A stretch of DNA of 63,618 bases, counting the filler, from Collodictyon triciliatum (lineage: Eukaryota), in the NCBI GenBank assembly GCA_043381765.1. It is 7 parts of 7 records of this genome, joined end to end, with 100 filler letters (N's around TTAATTAATTAA, not from the genome) between each part and the next. Parts side by side here need not be neighbours in the genome. Positions count along the whole stretch, not along the records: positions 1 to 15,019 come from JBHJMP010003626.1; positions 15,120 to 23,122 come from JBHJMP010003629.1; 5 more parts are not named here. One strand, written 5' to 3'. The notes under the pieces were generated by a model that did no database searches, was not told the origin of the DNA, and saw nothing but the letters and a program-made list of their open reading frames with translations. The position numbers and the translations under genes were made by a program. Each line of letters opens with the position of its first letter. Within the stretch, counting starts at the first letter, position 1. Below are positions 1-21,200 of the stretch, in pieces.

Positions 1-1
1 T

Positions 2-93
<92 letters not shown>

Positions 94-145
94 TATTTCT
101 TTCTTTATTTCTTTCTTTATTTCTTTCTTTATTTCTTTCTTTATT

Positions 146-209
<64 letters not shown>

Positions 210-210
210 T
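1..210. repeat. (TTTC)n microsatellite at scaffold start
   Basis: Direct tandem TTTC units with occasional TTTA variants. Confidence 0.97.
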
Positions 211-279
211 GGTCCTTTTCATGATTATTTTAATCTGTCGAACAAAATACCGGATTATGTGCAAAAATGATGTTCTACA

Positions 280-7796
<7,517 letters not shown>

Positions 7797-8585
7797 ATCC
7801 ACAACCCGCCGCTTTCTCTTGACTCGCAGATCCTACAACGTCTGGTTTTCCATAAAGTCGCAACTGATATTCTCTAGCATAATGCCCAAGTTGACCATTT
7901 GTTATTCCAACCCTTTTTTNNNNNNNNNNNNNNNNNNNNNNNNNNNNNNNNNNNNNNNNNNNNNNNNNNNNNNNNNNNNNNNNNNNNNNNNNNNNNNNNN
8001 NNNNNNNNNNNNNNNNNNNNNNNNNNNNNNNNNNNNNNNNNNNNNNNNNNNNNNNNNNNNNNNNNNNNNNNNNNNNNNNNNNNNNNNNNNNNNNNNNNNN
8101 NNNNNNNNNNNNNNNNNNNNNNNNNNNNNNNNNNNNNNNNNNNNNNNNNNNNNNNNNNNNNNNNNNNNNNNNNNNNNNNNNNNNNNNNNNNNNNNNNNNN
8201 NNNNNNNNNNNNNNNNNNNNNNNNNNNNNNNNNNNNNNNNNNNNNNNNNNNNNNNNNNNNNNNNNNNNNNNNNNNNNNNNNNNNNNNNNNNNNNNNNNNN
8301 NNNNNNNNNNNNNNNNNNNNNNNNNNNNNNNNNNNNNNNNNNNNNNNNNNNNNNNNNNNNNNNNNNNNNNNNNNNNNNNNNNNNNNNNNNNNNNNNNNNN
8401 NNNNNNNNNNNNNNNNNNNNNNNNNNNNNNNNNNNNNNNNNNNNNNNNNNNNNNNNNNNNNNNNNNNNNNNNNNNNNNNNNNNNNNNNNNNNNNNNNNNN
8501 NNNNNNNNNNNNNNNNNNNNNNNNNNNNNNNNNNNNNNNNNNNNNNNNNNNNNNNNNNNNNNNNNNNNNNNNNNNNNNNNNNCAG

Positions 8586-11500
8586 TATAACGAAATGGAA
8601 GAAAGACATACCGAGCTCATCTCCCCAACTGGAGGAATCTGACATATTCTTGAAGAATGTTTTAGTAAGAGTTTAACTTCTTTTCAGTATTTAGTTACAT
8701 TTATCTTAATTCTTGTTCTTGGATTATCGGCTGCCTTGTTAAAACACATCTCTGAACTAAGTTCATGCTTATTCCTTTATGTATTACAATCAATAGCAAT
8801 AGCAATACCCTAATTAAAGCGAAACATTCTAAAAGATTGTAAAAGAAACTCAAGATAAAATCAGGGAACTGAATGTGCTGTTAGAAGGATTTATGCAAAG
8901 TATGGAATGTAAGTTTTCGTTTGAGTACTTTGGTCTGGACGTGAGTCTGAGGCACAATGAAAATAATTTTTTGAAATACTTACAATAAACATTAATTATG
9001 TTGTAGCATCAATTCAAAAAACTCGGTTAATTAGTACATTCTTGTCGGATTGGTCGGTTGGTGCAGCTGATTTATGTAGGACTTAATCACTCCAGTTTAC
9101 CATTCAAAAAAATTCAAAGAGCTATTACCTTCCCTGCATTTTTCATAAGTTTAATTCTTTTGTCGTCATGATTGTGTTTTATGTTTCAGAAAATATTAAA
9201 TTATGCAATAAATACTAAATCGACGATCTTTTGATTGGACATATATGTGAATCATTGTCATTGATTTGCGTAATCTCATATGCAACATTGAAGCTAACTC
9301 CCTTGTGAGAATGGGAAGCATATTCACAATTTTCGGTGAAACGATGGAGCTGATGGTGATCATATTTACTATTTCTTCGAACCCAATCGATAGATCTGAG
9401 ACTGATTTGTCTCTATGCAGAAAGAAATTCCGGCAAAACTTGTAGTCGAGCCTCTCAGTTCATTTTTGCAAGCAGATTATACCGAGTTTGAGGTAAAATG
9501 CGTTGTGTATTATTCAATCTTTTCATTAGCAGACCGTTATATCCTGAAATTTGACACAAAAATGGTTTACTTTACTATTTATTATCAGAGATCCAAACGG
9601 CAATACGAGAAATCGAAGCAAGATTATGAGACTGTTCTTAGCCAATCTTCATGTGAAAGTGAAAATCGAAGCCCCATGTCAATCTATGAGGTTTGTACTT
9701 TTTTTTTTTTTGGAAAGGAAATTGTCTAATCATCAGAACCATTTCTTTTGGTTTTTTACGTTATCAATTTATTTCTATATTTCTATATTCCTTGCTGATG
9801 ACCGGACTTAACTCATCTTTACCAAATTAACAATTAAACAGAACGAATGTGCCATCTATGAAGCAAAGATGAAGTACACAGTAGCAAACGAAGCTGTTTC
9901 GGATTATCTTGCTCATTTGAATGATAAGAAAGATATTCTAATTCTAGGAATCACATCGAGTATGCTGAAGGAGTTTACAACTGTATATTCCAAGGGTATT
10001 TAACTTGTGTGCTAAAAATAGGCGTTATATTGTTGTTCTATTTTTAATATGTTGAAATACATGAGAATTTCAGTGCCTGATAATAATAAAATAATTTAAT
10101 CTTTTTGAGTAGAATTTTGGCTGATTCTTTTGTTTACGGTAGTTGCGACTTTCAAAGAGGAAAACAGCGAGTTTAGTTCTCAGATTGATAGTAAACTACA
10201 AGAGGTTAAAATATCTACTTCTTTGCCGCTTTTACAAAAATTTGCATGTAATAGATGTTACGACCATGTATTAATTCGAAACTGATTGCTAAACAAAAAC
10301 TCTTCTTTGGATACAGAAAAAGGGCATGTTCTCTGCTATGAAAAAGGGCACATCTGACGAACGCTCCAAGAAATTATATTACCAAACAAGAAGCAAGTAT
10401 CATGCAATTATCAAGGTAGTGCAAATTTAGCGACTCAATCTTACAGACTCAGCGTATATTTCAAAAAAAATGCTAATACCTATTTTTACTCGATTTTTTG
10501 TTCCATAAAATACTTATGACATTTATTGTATGTTCCTTTATTTCAGCTTCTTTCAGAGCATAATCTTGAACTTGTGGGGATCATGTCTGACATCACTGGC
10601 GTTAGTATTGACAATTACATATGTGACTGTGCAAGTAGCAAAGCATCGTGGAAATAACCTTGTAGAATTTCGCAAAAGAACTGATTTAACGGTTTTCATA
10701 TAACAGAAAGATGACTTTCTTATTTCTTGTGTCAAAGTTTTGGATGGATTCAATATCTCCATTCAAGTTATACAATCATTCGTCTCCTCGGAGGTCCAAA
10801 AAACAAGTTTTGCACTATTTAGAATTGCCAAAAGAAAAAAGATTGTACATACATATTTTTCATAGATACATATTGCCTAATATATGTGGTGTGTGGTTTT
10901 ACCCCTAATTTGTTGTTTTGTAAATGCTACACAGCCTCACAAGCAACTCTATTCCGCGGAAATTCAATAAACACGCGATTCATCAACATGTACTGTAAAA
11001 TGGTTTCGATGAAATACATCGGTCAAATCATCGGACCAACAGTAACTAGGCTTATTCATTCGGGCACGAGGTCATACGAGGTCATTCTCATTATTGAGAA
11101 ATCCAGAATCACAAAAATATATCTCATGTTCATTCCTTTGATTTTCTTTTTTAGAGGTATATATCGGATTTCTCCTCATTAATTAAAAGACGTGGAAGGA
11201 ATGTTATTGCAAAAATCAAATAATTCTCTTAAAAAATATTTTAGATCGACCCTGCTCGTCTACAAGATGCTCAAGAACGCGAGAAAAATACACAAGACCT
11301 CATCGAAATCACTGGTGAATTCATTCAGCGACTGATTCAAGAGAAATCTAGCTGTCCTGTGTAAGTTTGAACAACTACGTATCAATATTTTTAAAAAAAA
11401 AAAGTGTATAATAGAGGAAGAGACTAGAGAATTCATGTCGATGTATGTTTTCTCATCAAAAAGAAGGAAAGTGAGCATTTTCATGGAGCAATTTTTGTGC

Positions 11501-12513
11501 TGCCGCAAATGTTTACAAATCATCATAAAAATAATTTAGCATTAAGTCATATTTCATGCATAGGCGTCTTAGATATGTTTTATCTTGTCTTCGAGCAGAG
11601 TCAATGAAGAAGTTCCCAGAGAGCAAATTGATATCTGTCTCCTCCTTCTTATTTCTTCGTCTGTTCGGACCAGTATTTATGACGCCAGAGGCTTATGGAA
11701 TAATGACGAGTAATACATGATTGTAGCTACGTGATATATACACTTCTAATTTACTACTCATATCGGTTACGCACAAATTAACATGTTCAACTTGATCCTT
11801 TTTTAAAAAAAAAAATTGTTATTGGTCGGCTTGTAAATATTCACTATTTTCTACCAGTACAACCGACACCAAACATTCGGCGAGCCTTAGTTCTCGTCGC
11901 AAAAATTGTACAAAATATGGGAAACAGATTGCTCTTTGGAGAGAAAGAAGAATACATGTTTCCATTCAATGAACTGCTTGAAAGATGTATGAGGGACATT
12001 CAAAGCTTTCTAGAAAGCATTACGGTTAGTCTTTCAGCAGATTTTCAAAGGGTGCAATAGTGTCCAATATGTATTCTTATCGACAAGAATTAAAAAAAAA
12101 AAAACAGACATGTTTGATATTTATGCCATAATCTTCTTTCATCACGAAACCTGTATGCTACCAAAACTTTAGATAATACCAGACCATTCCCAAGAGAGCT
12201 CTAAGATAATCACCATGGAGGATGCCGAGCTAAGCGAACTCCCCTATATACACAAACTTCTTGTTAGGAATCTTCCTTCGATTGAAGAGCGCCTGCTGTC
12301 TCTAAATAAAAAGGTTTATATTCATGAAGTGTAATATTTGGTAGTATGCCGAAACCGTTCTAATACAGATTCTCATAATGTTACAGAAAAAGAACGGTGG
12401 CAAGTTCTCTTCCTTTAAATGTTTATTCAAATAAATGTTGGTCACTCTCTTCCTAGGACTTCGCATCAGAACTTGCTACCAAGCTTGGGTCGCTGGGCAG
12501 ACCAAAGGCGTAA
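8586..12513 (+). CDS. BAR-domain + RasGAP protein (5' end in or before gap 7920-8582)
   Basis: About 14 GT-AG exons splice in frame. BAR-like helices: IVKETQDKIRELNVLLEGFMQSME...EPLSSFLQADYTEFE|RSKRQYEKSKQDYE. RasGAP motifs: TLFRGNS (arginine finger), SYE|IDPARL, FLFLRLFGPVFMTPEAYGI, RRALVLVAKIVQNMGN, KEEYMFPFN. Stop TAA at 12511-12513. Confidence 0.9.
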
Positions 12514-13014
12514 CCAAGTTCATCCTTTCATTTTTTTCGCTTCTGTCAAGTCGACCAGGAACTAGATTACCATAACAATCATTATGCATCACCAGGAAAA
12601 GTGTAGAGCGCAAGTTTATAAGATAGCTGCTAAAAGGCTCGAAAGGAAACAATCTCTAGCCATCCCTTAAAATAAAATTGAAGAGTAAAATCCCTACTTG
12701 ATGCGTAATGGCCCTCTTGCATCTTTGTTCTCGTATTTGCCTTATTGTTGGAGAAGCCACCAGGGTGTGATTTGTATTTTATCTCGTATATTCATAATAG
12801 GAATAATTGACATATTTGCTCTGACTAAGGGAGGCCACGGTTGAAAAAAACAGTAAACCATTCGCTAATGAACCGCAAATATGCGTATGAAGCCGTGCTC
12901 TTTTGCCGGAAAGACACGACCCGTAAGATACTATGTACACAATCTCTGAAGTGCGATGCAAATCGACCATACGAATACTGCGCATCACTGAGGATGAAAT
13001 GATTCTGCAAAACA

Positions 13015-13016
<2 letters not shown>

Positions 13017-13091
<75 letters not shown>
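13017..13091. repeat. (ACA)n microsatellite
   Basis: Direct trinucleotide repeat between convergent genes. Confidence 0.95.
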
Positions 13092-13092
<1 letters not shown>

Positions 13093-13317
13093 AAGGATGC
13101 TATTTTTTGTATTTGTAATTTTTGAATTTGCTTGTTTTAATTATATTTTCATTTATTTTTGGTGTTGCACACACACAAAAAGTGTATGTCCATCCTGTTT
13201 CAAGATTTATTCCAATGACGACCCACTTCCCGAGTAGAATTATCACGCAACACAAACAAAGCGGCTTTCTGTGTGGAAGTGGCATAGGTAGTTATTTGAA
13301 GCGATGAGAAAGGGCAA

Positions 13318-14859
13318 CTAATTGGTCTGGGGATGGTACTTTGAGAGCCAGTGGACCTTGTGTGCGCTTGCTGCTGCGCAGCCGAGTTCAATCGCTTTGT
13401 CCCACGACTCGAGGATTAGTGCCTTCTGCTCGGAGGACGGCTGAGGCGCTTCTGCAGCAATCTGCCTCGCTCTGAGGTCGTACAAGTCTCCCAAGGGATT
13501 GGTGTCATGCGGGAAGAGAGAAATCAGCCGGTCACCTTCATACAGGTTGATTGCGTTTTCTGTGGCTGTGCGATACTTGCGAGCAAATGTGCTGGTGATG
13601 GACTTTTGTAAACTGGCCAGATTAAGAATGGCATTTGGTTCTGCATTGGATGCCGCAGTCTCCAGCAGCCTCGTCACCTCTTCAGCGGTAGACTTCTCTT
13701 TGTTTTGGCTCGAGTGATACAGCAGCGCAAGAAGTGTGTGGCTGGGAATATGCTTTGATGTAACAGCCGCCTGCAACAGCCTTGTTGCCATCGCAACCCG
13801 GTCACTAGAAGGTCCGGATTCTGCCTTGCCGTGGTCAGAAAAGATCTCCAGAGACACCTTCCACTTGCCACTGAGGTCAGGATAGACTTCGCTGAGTGCG
13901 ACCAAGGCAGCTCCGTACATGCCATCAGGCATTCTGTTGTCCGCTGCAGCCAGATACCAGTTGAGCGCTTTCTGCTGGTCGCCCAGCACACGTGAGTAGA
14001 TATGGGCCAGGAGCAATTGCGCGTGAGGTAATCCCGATTCGCTTGCCTTGGTCAGCTTGGCGACCGCTTCTGAGGCGCTCTCTCTGGTATTTGCTACACT
14101 CTTTTGACTGGTCAGAAGCTTCGAGAGAGTGACTCTGAAGATGGCTTCTGGGGAGCCTTGGTCGGCGCACCAATCAAGACTCTTGAGCGTGTTTGTTGGC
14201 ACAGTACCTTTGTTTCCTTCGATGAGTCTGTGCAAGCAAACAATGGCGGTGACATGCCTGTTGTTTTCGTTTGCTGCGATGGAGTAATACTTGACCGCAT
14301 CCTTATAATCTGGTGGGAGAACTTCGGCGTTGGAGCCAATGCGAAAGGCAGCCGCGGCCGCGATGAACTTTGGAGTTGCGCTGTGCTCGGCTGAGGGTTT
14401 GTATATTTGCAAAGCAGCGCCCGAGTCGCCGATGAGGAAGTAGTATATGTCTGCGGCGAGAAGTGGGCCGAGTGGAGATGAATGCTTCTTGAGCTTTTCT
14501 GCTGTGTCCACAGCGGCCGCCGTGGCCTCCTGGCTGGTTTCGAGGCTCTGGCGAACAGAGTGGATCAGACCATCAATCACGGTGATATGCGAGCGGTGGT
14601 GTGTGGACAAGAGATCTGATAAGTCCACTTTGCCGGGCTCGGCTGCTTGCTGGGTCGGGTTGCGTAGAGAGTCGAGGGCGAGTGTTTGGGACTGCAGGGC
14701 CGGGGCGAAGAAGAGGATGTGGCGCAGGAGGAAGAGCGGCACGGTGGTTTCCAGGGAGACTGTAGTTGTTTTCCTGAAGATGTCGTTGGATTCTTCGAGG
14801 ACTTTGAGGAAGTTGGAGGCAAGGATAAGCCCGTGGCAAGACTGCAGATAGCCCTCCAT
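13318..14859 (-). CDS. Sel1-like repeat (SLR/TPR) protein; long uninterrupted exon, possibly 5'-incomplete
   Basis: 513-aa ORF with Sel1 motifs: DYKDAVKYYSIAA, AVAKLTKASESGLPHAQLLLAHIY, DQQKALNWYLAAADNRMPDGMY, WDKAIELGCAAA. The frame stays open upstream toward the scaffold end. Confidence 0.8.
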   Translation of the reverse strand: MEGYLQSCHGLILASNFLKVLEESNDIFRKTTTVSLETTVPLFLLRHILFFAPALQSQTLALDSLRNPTQQAAEPGKVDLSDLLSTHHRSHITVIDGLIHSVRQSLETSQEATAAAVDTAEKLKKHSSPLGPLLAADIYYFLIGDSGAALQIYKPSAEHSATPKFIAAAAAFRIGSNAEVLPPDYKDAVKYYSIAANENNRHVTAIVCLHRLIEGNKGTVPTNTLKSLDWCADQGSPEAIFRVTLSKLLTSQKSVANTRESASEAVAKLTKASESGLPHAQLLLAHIYSRVLGDQQKALNWYLAAADNRMPDGMYGAALVALSEVYPDLSGKWKVSLEIFSDHGKAESGPSSDRVAMATRLLQAAVTSKHIPSHTLLALLYHSSQNKEKSTAEEVTRLLETAASNAEPNAILNLASLQKSITSTFARKYRTATENAINLYEGDRLISLFPHDTNPLGDLYDLRARQIAAEAPQPSSEQKALILESWDKAIELGCAAASAHKVHWLSKYHPQTN

Positions 14860-15019
14860 TTGTGGCTGCGTTGGGAGGGGCTGGTAAGGACTCTGAAACA
14901 GTTGCGCTCTTTTTCGATTGTTTTTTTTTGTTTTTTGTTTTTTGTTTTTTGTTTTTTGTTTTTTGTTTTTTGTTTTTTGTTTTTTGTTTTTTGTTTTTTG
15001 TTTTTTGTTTTTTGTTTTT

Positions 15020-15119
15020 NNNNNNNNNNNNNNNNNNNNNNNNNNNNNNNNNNNNNNNNNNNNTTAATTAATTAANNNNNNNNNNNNNNNNNNNNNNNNN
15101 NNNNNNNNNNNNNNNNNNN
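15020..15119. other. Artificial scaffold linker (N-TTAATTAATTAA-N)
   Basis: Stop-codon spacer at 15064-15075 flanked by about 44 N on each side. Confidence 0.98.
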
Positions 15120-17663
15120 GGAAGAACTTTTCGATATCACTCAAACAAGTGTGACGTGCGTTTTTGTGACCAAAGTTGCTGCTTATGCCATCTGCCATCC
15201 CAAAGTCCCAAGGTTTTGTCTCCACGGATACAGGAGGCGCCCCAGAGAGGCTAGAAACAAGATAGTTCATGGTGATATCTTCGCAGTTGTGGTGTGTGTC
15301 CACATAGTGAATCGCCAAGTCATTCATGGTGCATGTGTAAGCGCGCAGATACTTTTGATGGATAAACATAAACTTTGTTAGAATGATGGAATAAAGTCCT
15401 GCTTTTGGCTCCTTGTATAAATACTTGTCGCCTTTCGGTTTGTTGACGCGAGCAAAAGTGCCAACAATTCGGTCAGGAGTTTGTTTCCAAATGCCAAACA
15501 CTTTTTCGATATCATCATGAGGAATGAAGATATCATCGTCAGCAACAAGAATAGCTTGTGTATTGATGAAAGAGAAAGGTCGAAATCTGTTGTTGAGCGT
15601 GTCGAATGTCTGGCGATGGACGGTGATTTTACTGGCGGATGGACCGTATTTGTTCACTGCAGTTAATTAGAGATGAAGCGTTACTAAGTCAGTGTGGTAA
15701 CGCATAGAAAAATCTCGACTAAAAATTAGATTGCTGCGCATATGAGAAGGGCATCACCAAACAAAAAAGTGGATATTACAGCAGCGTATTCATTGAGTTT
15801 AAGATTGTTGACAAACTTTTCCTCCTTTTTTTTTGTTACAGTTATTTCACATTCTTAATAGTAATACCAAATAACAAATGCTTCACTCACCTAACTCTTC
15901 TGTTGTGGGTGGAATGGAGCGAATGTTATTCCACACAAGGATGACTTGATTGCAAAGCGTGTGGTTTGCGTAGTAGGAGGCGTGGCGAAAAAGAAGGAGG
16001 CGGCGACTGGGTTCCTAGGTTTAATTAGCAAAAGATTTTCGGAGTGCGTGAGAAATTCCCTATTATATTTATTGATGTGGCCCACTGTATTGAATTTTCA
16101 TCGCAAAATTATCAATGCTACAAACTAACGAAAAGAGATCGTGCTCACTTTTCATTTAAAATATTATATTAACGGATGAGTGGGTGAACGTTAGAGCTTG
16201 CTAATCGAGTTAGCAAAATAGAATTTGAACTTACTTTGTCGAATGCATTCATCACCACAGTGTATTGATCATTTGATTGCGGAAGTATATCGGCTCGGCA
16301 ATCACTCATTTTCTGCTCTTTTTGCAAGTCTCTATGAAGTTCTTAATTTTTGGACTGTTTAGTTATGACGTTCAAAAGACGAAAGGCGAAGTTGTGTAGT
16401 ATTCCATAATTTTCATTATTATTTCCATCAGGATTTATTCATGTCTATTAAGATATGAGGCTTTCAAGTACCTGGAAGCTTGTGATCTAAATCGGCCCAA
16501 ATGTGTCGCAAATGACAATCAACATCTTCGTTCTGGCATGAAGTTCTGTAAGGCAAAGATGCGTGAAGAGACGTAGAATTTCGAGACCAGGAACGGACTA
16601 CTTGGATGCCAGGAGATACGCGATGAATCACATTTCCTGGTGGTAGCGTATCCTTTTGATATGGGAGCATGAATGCTTTTGTAATATCATTTTTGTCGAA
16701 CGGGAAGGGCTCGCTCAAAGCCTGTCCATCGTGTGTTGCTGACACTAACTCTGAAAATCTGGTATGATGCTCTTTGGATACATGTGCTATGAAAATCCTA
16801 GAGTCACAGGTTGATGGCAAAGAAGCAGATGGTAGACAGAACAGAGTTTTTGTTTGCATGGCTTGCCTCAAGATTCCATCCATATTGGCTGGGATAAGCA
16901 GGCGTGCATCGCCAAACAAAACTACTTTGGCATCTTGAATGAATGGGATAAAAAGCCTGTAAAGAGGGCATGGAACTGCCTGGGAATTTGTGTCCTGATG
17001 TGAATGACATATCTGCACCCATGAGTCCAGTTTCTTTCTCACACCATTCGGAACGGCAGGGCTCAGGAGGTTCTCGGCAGACTCTGTGTGAATTCCTCGC
17101 CGATGCAGCATCGATATGGCTTCGGCAGTGACGCTGGGAAAAGCAATCACAATTACACGACCATTTGTATGGGATTCCAGTATGGTTGAGCCCCATAGCG
17201 CCACATCAACCAAGTCAGAGTCTGATTCAAGGACAGTTGCATAGACGAGTTCGGGAGATTTGGCCGCTGGATATTGTGCAGGGCAAAGTGATCAGCTGTT
17301 TCTTGAATTGGCTCCGTATATAAGGAGGTTGAAGCAAAAACATGATGAATCTTGCCTCAACGTAGCTGTTGTTTTCTTTTTTTTTTGTTTTCATTTGCTT
17401 TTATCTTGTTTTCTTATTACTATTTTTTGCTTCTTTTTTATTTTGTCAAATAAATTACTAACATTAATATATATATATTTGATATCATTTTGTTTCCTCT
17501 TTTATTTCGATTTTTTTTTTTTGTTTGTACCTGGTAAATCGGTAGTCTCGGAGTGCATGAACTGGGCGAGGTAGTCAGTGCCCGGGATTTGATGCCACAA
17601 AGGTGTTGTGTACAACCCAAAGACCAGCAGGAACGAGAAAACAAGCACGTCTTCTTTTTTCAT
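15120..17663 (-). CDS. Type II membrane glycosyltransferase: degenerate GT8-like domain fused to a GT64 (EXTL2/GMT1/GINT1-type) domain; 3' truncated
   Basis: ATG 17663 begins a signal anchor (MKKEDVLVFSFLLVFGLY). GT8-like exon: VYATVLESDSDLVDVALWG...LYRLFIPFIQDAKVVLFGDAR. In-frame exons follow: QYTVVMNAFDK|...QVILVWNN...PP|...TLNNRFRPF...AILVADDD...IVGTFAR...YSIILTKFMF...HNCEDITMNY. Confidence 0.8.
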
Positions 17664-18274
17664 ATTACCTGTTTCGGTGCAGTTGTGTTTAAGGGTTTAA
17701 TAAGAAACAGAAACAAACTAGACACTTGCTTCACTCATCATCCAACGCAAGAACATCCGTAAATAGAAGCCAAAGTAATCCTTGTTGCTGGAAGATAAAG
17801 AAAAGGAAAGAAAAAAAAAAGAACACAGGAAAAAAAATGAAAGAGAACATCGAGATCAGAGAAGGTCAAGAGAACACCTAACCAGTAGCTGGTCCTAATA
17901 ATTTTCCTCCGCTAGAATCCACAAGATATCAAGGCCAACAGAAAAACAAAGGAGAAGATAAAAAAGAAGAAAAAAGGAGGGTCAGGAGTGTTATGCTTCG
18001 AGGGTGAGGAACCAATTCAGATTCTTGAGTTCACAAACGCAGGCAAAGAGGCTTTCAAGCACAAACACAAATCAAGCAGTCATCTTCCAGGAATAGTATA
18101 TTGAATTTTATGTTTCTGGAATTTCCCTGAAGGGCGGAGTGTGCGTGCAGACCACAAAATCACAGGTCTGGATGGATTTAAGAAAAAAGGGTGTGAACGG
18201 CACTGGAAAGAAGCGGGTAAAACAAACTCAGAACACGAAGGTGCTGATTTTCCTCAAGAGGCTTTGTATCTTTT

Positions 18275-21200
18275 TCATGAATGCATAGTATGAAGGTTAC
18301 CTTGAATAGTGAACACCACTGTGGCAATGAAGCCGATGCAGGAAATGACACCGATGCTGTACACATAGATGTCTTGGCTGAAGACCCAGGAGTAAGGCGT
18401 GTTCACGTACGCCTGAGGTGATTGGTTCAGATTTTCATTCGCACAGGAAACAGTATCTCAATTCGATTATTTATAGAGATAGTATTGACTTTTTTTTATC
18501 ATATTTACTCATCTTTTGGGTAACCTGATGTATAGGGAAGTGGTGGAGTGTGTTGTAATTATAATTCATATTGTTCTACTCGCCTCGCCATATGTTTCCA
18601 GCACTAGTCTCTTCGAGTAGTATTGCAGCAAAGCAGGGAAAAAGAACATCAAGAAAAATCCAAAGATTCCAGTGAAATTAACCACTGTATATTTAAATAC
18701 AACGTGAGTAAAGGAACACTGCTTTGTGTTATTTGGATTTCTCATCAATAGAAGAGTTTTACGCTAGTCAGAATTTTTACGTAAAGCAGGGTCTCTTTGG
18801 AACATTCCTCCGAGAAGAGGGATGAGGGCAATTACGATGCGGAGGATGGACGTGAAAACTTTTGTTGGATGGTTAGTCAAACTATTTTTCCCTTCAGCCA
18901 GTTGATTCCTTGTATTTTTATGACAGAAAAGAAAATTATGTGAAAATAATCGCCAAATTAGGACTTCTACGTACCATTTGGACTAAAGTAATTTTTGATG
19001 TGATAGGGAACTTCGGATGTCAGATTATTCGAAAGGGTCACAACTGGGTTAATTGGATGATATTAACCAAATGATTGTGTTGTGTATACATGTCGGTTTT
19101 ATCTATTTTCCCTGAAATGGAAGTAGGGGGATTGAACGAGATATAATAGCTTTATAAAATTAACTTCCATCTAAGTAGCTTACCATACAGAGGGAAAGCA
19201 CAAGACACCGTCAAACAAGGAAATAGAACCACAACATATGAAATGAACTGGGAAAATCCTTTCCTATACATCCACAAGTTAGGATTGAGAGAGCATATCA
19301 CAGCTTCAAGTATTTGATGAGGATAGTTGTCATGATGATATTTTTGCAAACCCAGTTCCAGAGAAATCTTCATAATTTTTCCAGTTGAGCGTAACTACCT
19401 CTTTAATCTGGTATGATAAAAATGTATTGGAAGGGGAAGATTTGGTATCATATTATCAACTGCTTGTGTTTGTTACATAAAGGTAATGCAGAAAGAGGTA
19501 TATTTCTTTTACAATTTTCCCAAAAAATTACTCCTTCAGTTCCATAGTAAAGTGAGCATATAACGCTCAAAGTCACATAAAAGGCTACAGTCGTGGACAT
19601 GGCAGCCATGAATATGGACCGAACCTGGGTGCAAAACAGGTAGGAAATAAGTGAATTCAATATGCTGAAATTTATTGATGAAATAAACAAAACAAAACAA
19701 AAAAAGGTAAATGGGTAAAGTGCCATGGGTTATATAGATTGAAGAGCTAAGTAACAAGAACAGACAAATGCGCAGAAAGATAACATGCCTTAGTTTTTTC
19801 CTTGCATAATCCAATGACACCAGGAGCGCCGTGGTGAGCAAGCATCGAAAACACCGCGGATGAGAATATATAAGCAAGGCCACTGGCATTAACTAGGTCA
19901 TAGTCCCCGATGTTACCCGAAGAACTTCCAGAGTCGTCCCCAGAGTCCTAAGGCACAATATATTTACATAAAACGCTCTTTAACTCATTATACCAAAATT
20001 TATTTGAGCTGCCGAAGGGTGGTTGATTGAATTAATGAATGAAATTTACATCATCCAGAGGGTAAGGGCCATTTCCCATCGCACCAACAGTAGTGAAAAT
20101 CATAATCAACATGCTAATCAGCGCCATTGCTGTCAGAGTCATTTGTACACCCACCTATTTTTATTTTCAAATTGGTGAATGATAGCGCAAGAGTACAGTA
20201 AACCAGAGTTAACACCTGCGTGATTAGAATGAAATGACATGGTAATTAAAATAAGAAAAAAATGACACACATCAATTAATCCCAGTAAACATAAAATTAA
20301 ACCTGGGCCTTCAAATCTCTCAAGGCCATAAAGCACATGAGACATCCGAAAATGACGACATAAATATAGTAAGCATTCTCGCAGCTCTTGTACCTAGAAT
20401 CATTTTAGAAATAGTTAGGGAAACAAAAGCAACCATATCATCGTGGCAGTGACACATTGCTCTGAATCTAGTATAACTATTAAATGGTTGATCAAACACA
20501 TACCCGTCTCCATTTTTGTCAGCATTAGAGCCAAAGTCAGAGTCCTCATCATAAAGATCACTACATTGAGACTCATCAGAACATCAATCACCTGAAATGG
20601 ATTTGGCTTACATTCATTTCAAATTGTAAAATATTAAAAGCAATATTACTCATGACATACCAATCATATCCGTCTGTGATTCCTGCAAACCCAAGTCTCG
20701 CAACCATAGATGCAGAGAAGACGACGGTATACACCCACCTCAAAATTTGTAAAAATAATAAATGTATATCGATTTCGAAGAATAATAGTTATGAAACAAA
20801 CAAATATAAACTATTCGTTCAGTATGTTATCTTATGGGAAAATGAGTTGCGATGCTTACAGGGCTCCCTCTGAGTAAAAGAATATAGCAGCCATGTAAAT
20901 ACGTTTTCCGGTGGTTCCTAGGAAGAATTCCACGATTTCGGATGCTTCGAACTTGTAATTTTTAATTATCCATGACGGTTGAGCCTGTGAACAAATAAAC
21001 AAAGAGAAGATAAATTGAGGAGCAAATCAGGTAAAGCACATCTATACAGTACGCCTTAGGCAAAATAAAAAGCAATATAGTTGATAGTATATTAAAGAAT
21101 GAAGTATGCACCTGTAAGTCTCCCTTGGTATCAATAAATCCAGTCATTCTACCTTGGACCTATTTTTCAAAATCGTTAATTTAGGGCACGCATTAACTTT

